Shown: piece after piece, positions 12,601-25,348 of the stretch
Numbering within the stretch: position 1 is the stretch's first letter
How the letters are laid out: each line of letters begins with the position of its first letter
Origin: Phoronis australis
Lineage: Eukaryota > Animalia > Phoronida
Reading direction: 5' to 3'
DNA length: 64,000 bases
Assembly: GCA_002633005.1 (NCBI GenBank)
Contig: NMRA01000060.1
Location: forward strand, 1,037,355-1,101,354
Program-made: the position numbers and the translations under genes
Notes under the pieces: model-generated
Seen by the model: the letters and a program-made list of their open reading frames with translations, nothing else
What the model was told of the DNA's origin: nothing
Database searches by the model: none

Positions 12601-15600
12601 CCGAAGACAACCACAATGTCCACTACACCGAAATGCGACTGAGGTGGAAGGCGTTGCTCTGACAAGAAATAATTATGTAAAACGTATTAAGGTCAAATTT
12701 TTGTGCCATAGAACCAGAAAAACAGATTAAATTGCAATTCAAAGTGAGTCTCTACTACTGAAACAGAGGTGAAACTGTTCACCAAGCATTTTTACGGTTT
12801 CTTCAAGAATATTTGGAATTGATGTTCAGGTTAAAGCATTTCTCCTTTAGTTTCAAATTTCAAAAAAAAACGCTATGTTAACTACTCGTCACTTCGTCGA
12901 TTTTTTTTCCAAAAATTCTTTCGGTATTCAAAGTGAATAACTCTTCGTTAGCATCCCAAGTAGTTATTTTTACGAGATTTAGCGTTCCGTGCCTCTTTCT
13001 TAGTGACACAAGACTTAAACATCTCATGTCGCTTTCATAAAGCAGACCTCTTCAGTAATTTATCCATGGGAATGTGAAATAAATTCATCTTCAGAATCTT
13101 TGTTTTCTCAACTATGTCTTTTGTTTCTTCCTCGGTCATTCCCTAGCAACACATCTGTCAGCTCACAACTACTCACATTTGCGCATGCACCATAACTTAC
13201 TTCCCACGGCTCATACTCTAGACGTCACTGATATCGTGACCAATCTAGTGGGTCTGTGGAGGAGACAGAGTTGGACCAAAGAAATAACTTAATTGGTAAT
13301 TAACAACTACAGCGGATTTCCGAAAGAATTCCTTGGGAGTTTTTCTTTAACAAGGCCGGCGTGCGTTCCGTCGGCGCGACAACCTCGCGAAAACGCAAGT
13401 GCACTTAAAACGTCGTGTGATATCGCGAAAGCGAAGCATGTGATCGCTCTTGCTTGCTTCGCAAGATTCTTGCGTCTGAGCAACATAGCCAAGGTTAGAA
13501 AACTCATATGCTTAGTCTTTCGGGATAGTTTTGCATGCCTGCCAGGGTATACACAAACGGTATGGAATATATGCCAAGTAAGACGAGCGTTTCATGAGGG
13601 AGCTTACATAATATCCTGGTCGCCGAGATTGGAGTGTTGACCAATGAGATGAATTTCGGGCTCACTGTTGTTGACAGTGTTTTCCAAAACTGAAAACCCA
13701 AACGTGTTGGAAGAAGATTTTTTATCAGAACGTGCAGCCCGGAAGTCCTCCCATCATACAGTTGTAGATCGAACTTCAACACTCGGAGATCGGATTACAC
13801 TTCGGTGTACCGAGTAAACATGAATTTAAAGCGGCTGTAAACCAGTCTTACGTCACAAAAAAAAATTGAATTAAACCACTTTCCTTTATGAAATTAGTCT
13901 CAAGTTGTTCCATCAAACAAATAGATGAGATTGGGCTTGGGGAGACCAAATTCTATAAATTGATTTAACATGGCGTGTCTTTTTAAGTGCGCCGAACATG
14001 GCCTACAGGAAAGAAGGACTAACGGTTCTTTGCAATGTCCAGTGCCATGCCGGTCATCTAATAAGAAACTTGAATATATATCCGTAAGAGGTTCAAAGCA
14101 AAAAAATTCGATGAAAAGCAGGTTAATTGCAAGCTGTTGGCTATCTATCTCCGGATTTAAGTGATAGTGAACAAAAACCCTGTTTGTCACTTTAGAATGA
14201 AACTTATAGGTGCATGCCCATATGTGAAAAAACACTTGCAAAAACCTTTTTTGTAAATACTTCAGATGTTGGTTCATGGGCTTAAATACGTTCGTAAATG
14301 GTAGATATAAATATAAACGCAGACACACACAAGGAGTCGACACTTGTTTTCCTGCACAGATGCTTCTCTTTATTTTAGGCTTCAGTTCACGTGACCCTCC
14401 CTTCCGGGTCTTCTGATAACAGTTGTTCCACAACAATAACGACTGCGTCCTGTGACAATACGGCAGTGACTCTTGCAGATGTCAAAACTGAGCTGGAACG
14501 CATGTCGGAGTTGTACAACCAGATGAATACTTTGTTGTCTGCGATGAACGCAAATCTGATGTCGCAGGCTAAAAGTAATGCTGCAAACACGAAGGCTTTC
14601 AAACAGCAAATTGTCATGCCTTGCATCGAACGTGGCTGACATTAAAACTAAGGTTACCGAAATTGACAATCTAAATTCCCTCATTTCAAACAATGGAAAT
14701 AAACTGGACCGGATTTTGAACACGAGTAGGCTTACACAAGATGAAGCCAAAAGACATCAAGCACAGGCTACAGCTGCTCATGAAAAACAACAGATGGCGC
14801 TCGATTATCACACGTCAAAGCTAGATTCCTTGAGCCAATGTTTTTGCCGTAAGGGTAAGTGTTTTTAAAAGTTCTCAGAACGTCACGATTAATACTTTAA
14901 CTCTTCTAATCACCGGGAAAAATCTATTATGAACCGGCTAAGGTACCAACGTCGCTGTGTATTTTTGAGTCTGGAATGACACCAAGTTACTGGCGACGGG
15001 GCGGAATTTTGAAACTTGTGACAATTGGGGAACAAAACTTATTAACAACAGGTACACAAACAGTTGTGGTCCATGGCGTTTCACATCAAATTTTCATGTG
15101 CCTACTCAATAATTTTGCTTGCCTCCCGACCTGCAGAGGATTTTCGTTCAATGATATAAATGAACCTACACCGCGTCTTCCTGAAAATATTTTAGCACTC
15201 CGGACCTGCGTTTTTACAGATAGGCCTACTAAACCCTTTGAAAATTTTGTAGTCACGCATTATTGTGCTGGATATTAAAAAATATATTCGAAGTTAGACC
15301 CGATGTGGTAAATGAGAAATGGAGCTTACGTCGGAGAAAATTTTTACTTGAAGTTCATTTAATACCTTAGTAAGTTCACAAAAGACCCTAACCAAAAATT
15401 GGATTGTTTAGGTTTAGACTAGTATCCAGGAATACTGCGGCATATGCCTTCTTAGCCAAAATTTAGATAAGAGATAACTGCCAATGGACGGTTCCAACAA
15501 ACCCGTCTAATCCACGCCTACCATAGTTACCGTGGTTGAAGTGAATGCGAATGAATGTCCTCTGTGTACTTTCCGTATTTAATTTTATTTTATCGTAGAA

Positions 15601-16508
15601 GTTGAAATGTTGTTTTATAATCCTAATTAACCCTCATAAGTTTGGAACAGATTTGGAAACTCCGATAAATGGTTTTTTATTGTCAAGGGTGACTAAAGCA
15701 TTTGGCAAGCTAATTGACGGTCGCAGGGAAAGCCTCTCAGTCATACGACCCATTTTGTAACAAAACGATTAAATTTTCAGATGCATAATGATTTTTCTCT
15801 CTCGGAAAGTACCAATGATAAAATAGCGGGTGCTGAATTGCAAACCAAATTTCAATGTGAAATCCCCTCAGCAGGACTATCGTATCCCTTACTGTATTAC
15901 TCCGCAAACAAGCGCATGCCCCTGTATGCGGAACAATGGCACGCCTTGTTTTTTAAATACACCACCGAACCATTTTACTCCACACAGCGTGTAGTGTCAG
16001 TGACACCCTCAGCAAAAAAAGGTTAACAAATTGTTAAATACTAAAAATGTACAGTTTTAAAACTCATAGCTCTATTTTTAACAAACCTTGATCGTCGATA
16101 AAATAACACCGAGTTCCGTTGCGGTAGTTCCACTCAAATGTCCCGCAATTAAGCGCTCCACAATATAGGCCTATGCGCTCAATTGCGGGGCTACGTGGTA
16201 AGGAAATACAAATGATTTATTATAGTTATTTGTTTTCAGTTAAAGTGTTTCACGTGGTGCATCCTGAAGGTGGCTATAAGTTCACTTTCGAGCAAGCCAA
16301 AGCCGCGTGCCAGGCGAAAGGGGCAGTGCTTGCCACACCGGTACAACTCGAGGTAGCCTGGAAGATGGGGTATGAGATGTGCGCTTGTGGCTGGCTCAGT
16401 GACCGAAGTGCGCGTTATCCGATGCATTTCGTACGCCGCGGATGTGGAGGAAGTAGACCGGGAATATCAACTTGTTCGAATCAACTGAACGATGCCTACT
16501 GTATTTGA
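9686..16508 (+). pseudogene. Copy B of secreted coiled-coil + Link gene: exon 1 9686-9721, exon 2 14379-14854, exon 3 16240-16508. Same +1 frameshift as copy A (about 14601-14604; stop 14637-14639)
   Basis: Exon 1 ATG GCG TCT...TTG|gtaagt (MASLCLSVLALL, phase 0) joins exon 2 ASVHVTLPSG to form a signal peptide. Splice sites are identical to copy A. Exon 2 appears identical to copy A, including the inserted base. Confidence 0.85.
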
Positions 16509-17827
16509 TTTTCATCACCATACGGATATCCAATGGTCCTTTAATTTGATCAATAGTGAAACTTCTACATGCAACTGAGTGGTTGACCATTGACTCGGTA
16601 ATCGGCCACGAGGTAGCAGGAAACTTCAATTTCAATCAGACTGGTGGAATTCTCGATTTTCTGGTATTCTATTGGGTCGCGTTTTTGCTACTTTGATATA
16701 AACTTGGGATGCTTGTTAAAGATTAAGTGTGTATAGAAATGGGGTGGGTGATTACTATTTTGCTTGGTATAAATATCGGTCTGATTATAGGCCTACCCTG
16801 CACAGTTGATGCTGTCGTCATGAGAGCGTTCTGATCGAGGAGCGACAATTACGAAATCGAATGAAAATTTGCAGGTGAGGTAGACTACGAAACCAAGATC
16901 ACCAACAACCACGTCCTCGACGCCTATTGCACCCACGGGCGTCCTCAGCTTCTGATAGTATCCAATACACTATATAAAATACTACAAGGTATGACACTCC
17001 GGACTAGAAATTCCACGGGTTTTTACTTCAGCCGTCAATAGCAAACATAAAACTCACTGAATTTACACAAAATAAAAGTTCAACAAACCACGAAGAATTG
17101 TTCTTTCTTTCAATACCCTTTACGGTGTCCTGCTCCACCGAGTTTGCAAGAAATTCGCGGTCAAAGCACAAAAATCTTCCCAAAAGCCCGTCCGGAGCAA
17201 CTCCTTGGTCCCACGCGCAGCGGGTACGGAATTATCTGATTAAGTTACGGATGTTCGGCAATTGCCGATTCATCACGGAAACTCACTGTTTCTGTTCCCT
17301 GAGGGTAGATTTCTCACCATAAGTGAATCAAGAGTGTCTTGAGTGTATGGAACTGAGACCAGAGTAGTGTACTGTTTAGTTATGGGATAGTGTTTGATTT
17401 GTTCAACTATCTTTGAGTGAAGTAAAATTTTAATCATGTTCATGTTTTCCCATTGAAATCCTTTGTCTCAATTGCAAAGTTGTCAAATGGTGCGTTAATG
17501 ATTTTTTCATACACATTATTTACACGCAGGTGTGTTGCAAAAATTCCAGCACTGTCTGCTTCATAAAAGATGTATATTTCCCTTGTGCGTCACGGTGATG
17601 GAGGCCTTGTCGCACCAAACTCGTTCTCAGATCATGCAAGCCCGTCTTAACACTTGATGAAATAGGCTGGGGACGGTCGGAAATGAGCAAGTTTGTCCAA
17701 AACATGCCTTTAACACGACGCCATCTACGCATTTCTCTTTCTGATTGCAAAAAATAGTGCAGGTGGTCTGATACATATTGCTCAGCAGGGCTACTCCAAA
17801 TATCTAAAACTATTTTCAGTTATTAAT

Positions 17828-19175
17828 TTATTTTCCATGATTTTATTCTTCAATAATATACATTGATAATTTTTAAAGGGTGAAAGGGTGAACAAGGAAA
17901 AGGGGCAAGGACTTTCAGTCACACACTCGCACACTCATTCACACACTTCATCATTTAATGATAATACCACTAAACAATATATGAGTTAAGTATATTACAG
18001 ATATTACAGATTCATTGCATGGCAGCACTGAGGCTCTCCCACATTTTAATATTAATATTGTCCGGTTCTTTTTGTTTTTGAAAATTAAATATTGAAATTT
18101 TAATATATTTGACATGAATATTTTAAGGGCAGACCAATCTGGATGCAAGTGCTGTTGGCAACGTAAATAAATAAAATATTGGGCGATAGTGATAACATAA
18201 TTAATCAACAGGGAGAATTCAGAAGCTAAATGGCAAAACATGATTTCATTTTTGGTTATTCTGACTTCTTCCTTAAGGGAAGATGTCAAAATATCCTGAA
18301 CATTAATCAACAATCTTTGCACTACATCACAATGGAAAAACATGTGTTCAGTACTTTGTACTAGATTACATTAGGGACATTTATCTGAATTAACAATCTT
18401 CATCTTATATAACAAAGAGTTAGTATACACTCTGTTATGTAACAACATATACTTAAAAGATTTAATGCATGGTTCAAGGGGAAGTGTAAAAGGCAAGGAA
18501 TAAATTTTTCGGATATCTTGTTTAGAGTAATGCTGCAACAATTTTTCATAAGTGTCTGGTTTTTTGCAATACTTTTGTATCAAAATACTCTTGATTTTTT
18601 CTTTTGCAATTTTATTATAATCTAAGCAAATTTTATTGTTGCAGCCAACCAATCGCTGATGACCTTGATCAATTTTTCTAGATAAAACAATACATATTGA
18701 ATTAAAATTCAGAATTTGAGAATTTACCAATTTATATTTTGCCTTGAGCACCTCCCACGATAAAAGCTTATTTTCAGCATCAAGAAAGTCATTGATGAAA
18801 CATAGCCCATTCTTAGCAAACTCTTTATAATAAAGTGACTTATTATTAAGTGTTATCTCTCTGTTATGCCATATAATCTGATCACAAACAGGTACATCTT
18901 TAAAAGCATTATGATTAACTGTTCACTCACCGACAAAACCTCTCTATAAAAAACATCATTTACTGTTCTAAATAGTTTGCTTACTTTAAAATAACATGAC
19001 CACAACAGTTCACCACCATAATTCTTGAGGAGACTGAAGTCTTTTAACCCAGTTGACTAAAAGGCCTTCCTTTATAAGGGTCATGTCAGGAAATTTTAAA
19101 CCACCATCTTCATGAGAAGCCATTGCAACGCTTTTCTTTATTTTAGGTGGTTTCCCTGCCCAAATAAAAACATTT
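17828..19175 (-). mobile_element. 5'-truncated, degraded L1/Tx1-clade LINE (ORF2 C-terminal region with zf-RVT)
   Basis: FIWAGKPPKIKK...GGLKFPD...W motif (ORF 19010-19201) and LLHNRVYTN..LYKMKIVNSDKCP*C...EHMFFHC zinc knuckle (ORFs 18371-18751 and 17951-18343). AATAAA near the 3' end on the minus strand. Confidence 0.85.
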
Positions 19176-19976
19176 AAAATAGTGCAGGTGGTCTGATACA
19201 TATTGCTCGGCTGGGCTTCTCAGTTATTAATACACACATGTAACACCTAGGCATATACACATATGAAAACCGAGCAGAGGAGCTAGAAACTTCACTCAAG
19301 AGTCTAGCTATGGGATAAAGTGGGATTGGAGCCTAGGACTTTGTGAACAGGAGCAGAACTGACATATGCAACGTTTTTAACCATGGTATGATCACTCACT
19401 AATACATATTGGTTTACGATTCTGGATTACATCTCTTCTCGTTCACTGAACACAGGTCATGTAAGGTTACACGGGAAAAATTTGTCTATTGAAAAAAATG
19501 AAGTGCCGCAAACCCATTGTCTCAGTCTTCAAAGGAAGAAGTAAAACAGCTGTTTATAGGTAATAATATAGATATTGATTTAAATATCGATATACTGTAT
19601 ACTATGTATGCTCTTTTGTCACAGAAAATTGCAACCTGTAGCCTGTAGGCAAAGAAACAAATAAAAACAAAAACATTTTTTGACAAAGCAACTAACTTGG
19701 AGAAATTTCTTCAAACTAAAATAAAAGCGCTCTGATGAGCGACACTAGGTAAAATGGAATAAATTTTTAAAAGATGAGATGGTGAATGACAAAACCAATG
19801 AACGTCAACAACCATGATTGTGACGTCACACTAAGGTATTAGATAGTCGTAAGGAGATCTATTTCCATACGAAATACGATTATCGAGCTACAGCTCCGCA
19901 AATTAAACTCGAAAGATCTCCGTCTCACAGCGCCATCTTTTGTTTAAATTCTACTTAAAACAAATGCCCTCTAAAT

Positions 19977-20061
19977 CACAGGCGCTTGTGTTTGTCGCAA
20001 ATGACGTCACAATATATATATTATTGAGTGACGTCATTTGCGATAAACCCAAGCGCCTGTG
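19977..20061. mobile_element. 85-bp hairpin MITE (CA...TG termini, 8-bp TSD; hAT- or P-like)
   Basis: TIR CACAGGCGCTTG.../...CAAGCGCCTGTG. TSD CTCTAAAT at 19969-19976 and 20062-20069. The paralogous site upstream of copy B (about 8808-8820) is empty. Confidence 0.9.
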
Positions 20062-20645
20062 CTCTAAATAAACACCTCACGTAAATTTTCACGTTGATCA
20101 GACGAAAAATGCACATGATAGGCTAACAGTGCAGTTATAAATAGCCAATATATACTAGAAGAACAGCCATCTAAGCAGTGAATATCGAATATCTGGAGAA
20201 CGCTAAGTCTGAGAGAAACGTGTTACTCTATACTGAGAGCGCTTGAAAAGATTTATCCACATATTAAATTTCAGAAAGATCTGCGAAGGGACGCTGATGG
20301 TACGACACAAAAAATTCAATTATTTGGAAACAAGTCCTCTGAAAATCTCGAATCTATACAAATCAAAAACACCATAAAAATCCCGACAGAAACAAAAAAG
20401 TGATAAATGGCCACCACAGCGTCATCTTGCTTCTGGTTTTAACCATAACCAATAGTCTTCGAGGCATTCACGAGAGACAGGTCGTGTGTAAATTTCTGGG
20501 TCAAGACTGAATAGCGAACAAAGAAAGAAAGAAACAAACAAATTTGATGACAAAGAAACAGACTTAGAAGTTAGAGAAATTTTATTTTACAAGGTAACAA
20601 CACTACACACACGCATGCACGCACANGGCGTGGCACTTCTCCAGT

Positions 20646-20651
20646 TATAAA
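20646..20651 (+). promoter_or_regulatory. TATA box of copy C
   Basis: TATAAA 70 bp upstream of ATG 20716, conserved with copy B. Confidence 0.65.
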
Positions 20652-20715
20652 GCACCTTGTTTACGAGGTCCTTCCTAAATCGACAACTGAGAACGAACGT
20701 ACAGGTTTTCGAAAG

Positions 20716-20751
20716 ATGGCGTCTCTTTGTTTGTCAGTTCTCGCATTATTG
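20716..20751 (+). CDS. Copy C exon 1 (MASLCLSVLALL, first part of the signal peptide)
   Basis: AAGATGG start context, donor TTG|gtaagt (phase 0). Identical to copy B exon 1 and in frame with exon 2. Confidence 0.8.
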
Positions 20752-21468
20752 GTAAGTACTGAAACAAATTTATATTTACGTTTTGTGTCGTTAGAATGAA
20801 TTCACCAAGCTGAAGTCTACTGAATGCTTCTGGCGGTGGCCAGAGCACATTCAACAGGGGGTGGGACGACCTTTTTCTCAATATAAATAAGCATCAATTC
20901 ACATTTATGTTATCTTGTCGCCTTAATTTGAACTTTCACATATTGGGCCTTCGAAGCAGCGCTCAGTTATGTACGGTTTTAAAAAGTGGCATCGCCGGCA
21001 AGAAAAACCATTTTCTAAAAGTAAGCCCCAGCGCGGAAGCGATCCGGTAACCTTTGCGTTCATAGCAAAACGCTCTGTTGACGCCCTAAATCGCACTCAG
21101 TAAATGACATGAGTACTTTAAGCGCAACTAACTGGTGAAAGTCACCGGCTTCGATCTGGCGAACGACTGGTAGACTTCGGTTAGAGAGAATGGGCGTTAT
21201 GTTAAGAAAGCACAAAAATAACGGGTTTCGTTGATTTTAGCTCTGGTCAAACCTAACTTCATCAAGTCTATCTTATCCAAAACAATCTCAAAAATGCGTT
21301 TTTCGGCAATAAAACTATAAAATCTCTTCAAATTTTACGAGGAGAAAAGTAAAATTTTGATCATGAAATGTTCTGCAAATTACAATTCTCAATCTGAACA
21401 CCGTAGTGATACTCTTACCTTTACATTCATCAATTTAAAACACAGAGACTGAGTTTCCTCACTTTAGA

Positions 21469-21600
21469 GGAGGCAGTGTGACCTAGTGGGATAAGTGTTC
21501 CCTTCCTTTACTCAAGGTCGTGGGTTCGAGTCTCAGTGGGCCACACTACTTGACCCTTGAGTCAGTTCTCTAGCTCTTCAGCTCAGTTTTATCTATGTAT
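21469..21600 (+). mobile_element. tRNA-derived SINE remnant
   Basis: Pol III A-box-like GTGACCTAGTGG and B-box GGTTCGAGTC. No intact cloverleaf. Absent from the paralogous intron of copy B. Confidence 0.55.
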
Positions 21601-22063
21601 TAATAAAGCGTAGCTTAAAAATGGTTCCAGGTGATCAGTGCAATGGGCTCAATTGAGCGGCCTACGCACATATATGGTACAACGTGTACCAGACCGCCTG
21701 CAATGAACAATAATTATTTTCGTCACTCGAAAGATATCACTAACACATTTCGTAACTTTGAGCCCTGTTTGCGTTTGCCGTATTTTGCTGTCAATTTTGT
21801 TAACTTTTTAAATAGTGGGTGGGGGTTTCTGCAGAAGTGGCGGCTGTTGAATAACTACTCATAATGTATGAGTGGGCTGTCACTCACTACGGTGGCCATT
21901 TTAGGTGGTGGTACACTTCCAACAATAAAAATTCAAATAAAAAATCCTGTTAAACTCAGTTAAGTTTGAAAGTATTGGGGTTGTGTTGAACGTAATATAG
22001 TTTCGGCTGAACTAACTAGCGTTGAAATACTTCTCATGAACACGAAAACAACAACGGTTTTAA

Positions 22064-22111
22064 AACTTGACATGTTTCGGTGTCAATTATTAAATACCAT
22101 CCTCAGAAGTC
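22064..22111 (-). ncRNA. Minimal hammerhead ribozyme in the inverted pLTR (one stem II mismatch)
   Basis: Minus strand reads GACTT-CTGAGGA-T-GGTATT..GACACC-GAAAC-AT-GTC-AAGTT. Confidence 0.65.
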
Positions 22112-23516
22112 ATAATACAGTGGCCACCTAGCTAGGCCCAGCAACAAGTAATGAAGCTCAGACACAGTCAGTTACAGGGAGTGACAATGAACTAGACCAA
22201 CAATGACAACCTGTGGTGTGTCAGTTGCCTATTGAGATTGGTCTTGCACCAACTGATATATAAAGCCTCACGAATTTTAAGCTCCTTTGTTGTTACTGCC
22301 TGATCTATTATTGCAAAGTCATTGAAAGAGCACTGCTGATAACAATGATTGGAGCTCTGCAGGTGAATATTTACATGTGAATTACTGTCAGAATTTAGAT
22401 GTTCCTTGGTCCTGGTTTTCAAATGGCGAANNNNNNNNNNNNNNNNNNNNNNNNNNNNNNNNNNNNNNNNNNNNNNNNNNNNNNNNNNNNNNNNNNNNNN
22501 NNNNNNNNNNNNNNNNNNNNNNNNNNNNNNNNNNNNNNNNNNNNNNNNNNNNNNNNNNNNNNNNNNNNNNNNNNNNNNNNNNNNNNNNNNNNNNNNNNNN
22601 NNNNNNNNNNNNNNNNNNNNNNNNNNNNNNNNNNNNNNNNNNNNNNNNNNNNNNNNNNNNNNNNNNNNNNNNNNNNNNNNNNNNNNNNNNNNNNNNNNNN
22701 NNNNNNNNNNNNNNNNNNNNNNNNNNNNNNNNNNNNNNNNNNNNNNNNNNNNNNNNNNNNNNNNNNNNNNNNNNNNNNNNNNNNNNNNNNNNNNNNNNNN
22801 NNNNNNNNNNNNNNNNNNNNNNNNNNNNNNNNNNNNNNNNNNNNNNNNNNNNNNNNNNNNNNNNNNNNNNNNNNNNNNNNNNNNNNNNNNNNNNNNNNNN
22901 NNNNNNNNNNNNNNNNNNNNNNNNNNNNNNNNNNNNNNNNNNNNNNNNNNNNNNNNNNNNNNNNNNNNNNNNNNNNNNNNNNNNNNNNNNNNNNNNNNNN
23001 NNNNNNNNNNNNNNNNNNNNNNNNNNNNNNNNNNNNNNATGATTACTGTGTGAACTTAAGAGTTGTATTAACATTCAAGTCTCTAAAACTGTCGAGTTTA
23101 TTTAACCCTAAGGACAAAATTTCTATGGGTCTACGGTCCAAGGTTGTATACAAATTTATCTGTGCTGGATGTGGCTCCAGTTATATAGGCGAAACTGTTC
23201 GCCATTTGAAAACCAGGACCAAGGAACATCTAAATTCTGACAGTAATTCACATGTAAATATTCACCTGCAGAGCTCCAATCATTGTTATCAGCAGTGCTC
23301 TTTCAATGACTTTGCAATAATAGACCAGGCAGTAACAACAAAGGAGCTTAAAATTCGTGAGGCTTTACATATCAGTTGGTGCAAGCCCAATCTCAATAGG
23401 CAACTGACACACCACAGGTTGTCATTGTTGGTCTAGTTCATTGTCACTCCCTGTAACTGACTGTATCTGTGCTTCATTACTTGTTGCTGGGCCTAGCTAG
23501 GTGGCCACTGTATTAT

Positions 23517-23564
23517 GACTTCTGAGGATGGTGTTTAATAAATGACACCGAAACATGTCAAGTT
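23517..23564 (+). ncRNA. Minimal type I hammerhead ribozyme in the Penelope pLTR
   Basis: Stem I GACTT/AAGTT, core CTGAGGA, stem II GGTGTT/GACACC, core GAAA, palindromic mini stem III ACATGT, cleavage triplet GTC. This matches the known PLE-associated minimal hammerhead layout. Confidence 0.8.
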
Positions 23565-25348
23565 TTAAAACCGTTGTTGTTTTCGTGAACATATGCTGTT
23601 ACTTGCTATCATGGACTTCTCATGAAGTTTTTAACTAAAATGAATCGAAAAGAGTATCTTTAATAACCTCCGAAATAAGACTGCCGTTTCGTAATCGATA
23701 CTGAATGACTGCACGTGAATGTTCCTTTCTGTTACCGGAATGTTCGTTCCATGAACGTCTTCACAGCTAATAATCTGCTAACATACGTCTGGTCATGCAC
23801 TGTAGCATGTGTAGTCGAAGAGATAAGCATGAATCGGAGGGTCCTTGCGCACCAAATTCATCGAAACGGAAGAATGAGAGAGTCGCCTTTCTGTGACAGA
23901 TTCCAGGCTACCCAAAAGACACGGATACCAAACTCACGAACAAAGTTACCCACTCGAAAACACGACTCACGGACCTGATACAACAGTCGCTGACTAATGA
24001 ACAGGGCTCACCGAACGCCATGATAACTGAGTAAGTTTGACCCCGCGATAATGCCCTCTGAATTTTTTTCAACAGAGTCTATGTTAAAGTCATTTTTCAA
24101 CAAATGTTTGAGTGTCAAGTTTTCTAAAGTTTACTGATAAATGAAATTTCGAACCACACTCGCATGAAAAAGTGACTCTCAATAAATTTTTACCCTTTCG
24201 TGCTTTAGGGGAGGTTTAGAAGAAGACTCGCACTCAGGAACGAAACACAAGGGTGTTTCAGAGCAAATATGTTGAATTGCAAGACAATAAACTTCATGTC
24301 TAGACAACCAGAGAGAATTAGCCAAGTTTCGATTCACGATCAAGGCGAGGAGGACTGAGCTTGCGGCAATGAGATGACGGTCGAGAAAGTTGGAGACTAT
24401 CAGATGGATTGCATTGTGTTCACTTCTAAATTCAAAGTCAACTTCGTCCCAACTCGGGTATCAAGTAAGTTAACGAGCGAGCAGGAAGAGACCGCCCGAG
24501 GTGACACACCACAAACGGCGCTAAAATATGAAACTCGGCTTCCCCCAGTCATCTCACCAATTTCACGGCATCAAAACCCCCAATTGACATCAATTTTGCT
24601 CCGCCTCCGTCGCTTTTAGGTCATCTCCCAAGCCAGTCGTTGCCAGTTTCACGTGGCCCATCCCATTCAGTCTACTGCTGTCCATTACAACTCCCAAATG
24701 ATGCCGCCAAAGACAACAACAATTTCGACGACACCGAAATGCGACAGGTGGAAGGCATTGCTTTGATAAGATGAAAATGACGTAGCCTGAACCAAGTCAT
24801 TTCGCGATGCTTTGCTGTAGAAATTTGTTATACGAAGCCGTTGAAAATGAATCCCCCGCTTTGACATTTTCAACTATAGTAGCTGAAAAGTATACAAACC
24901 CAGTGTGGTCATTTCTTCACGGGTTTGATAACTTACAGAATTATTTAAGACCTGTGAAAAAGGCGACGCGGGATCAGCGTTCAAAATTGATTGCAGCTGA
25001 GTCAAAATTTAATCTCACATAACACGATTTGCGCATCCCGAAGCGCAGCCCCGACTCCTAGATGCAATTCAGTGACTGACAAACGGTACACGGGTATGGA
25101 TTCCGTGCCCCATGTATGTGGTTGTGAGTTGAAGAACACGTGTTTCGGGAGCGTATGTCGTGCTTTGGGTCCGACATGCACCGTGCTTGGCGACCGGTGG
25201 GCCTCCTTCGTGTCGGTAATTCTATTTTGAAGATTTGAATCCGTAAATGTAATTCTGCATCACATTGGAAAAATCCGGGGTTGATTACATTTTACTATTT
25301 ATTTGTTTATTCATTTATTTGGAGTCTATCTCATGAAAAGTGACTTAA

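Larger units (their letters stand above)
22041..23614 (+). mobile_element. Penelope-like element (GIY-YIG endonuclease C-terminus + pLTR) with an inverted copy of its 3' end at the 5' side; centre hidden by N-gap 22431-23038
   Basis: VVYKFICAGCGSSYIGETVRHLKTRTKEH...ELKIREALHI..KPNLNRQ (GIY-YIG, to 23436). 22041-22430 is the reverse complement of about 23198-23587. 12-bp TSD ACTTCTCATGAA at 22029-22040 and 23615-23626. Empty site in copy B at about 10450. Confidence 0.9.

Noticed and set aside
22377-23074. Long X-containing ORFs here and at 36488-37327, 40180-40983 and 51623-52009
   Set aside because: Artefacts of reading through the N-gaps (22431-23038, 36704-37141, 40289-40819, 51638-51904).
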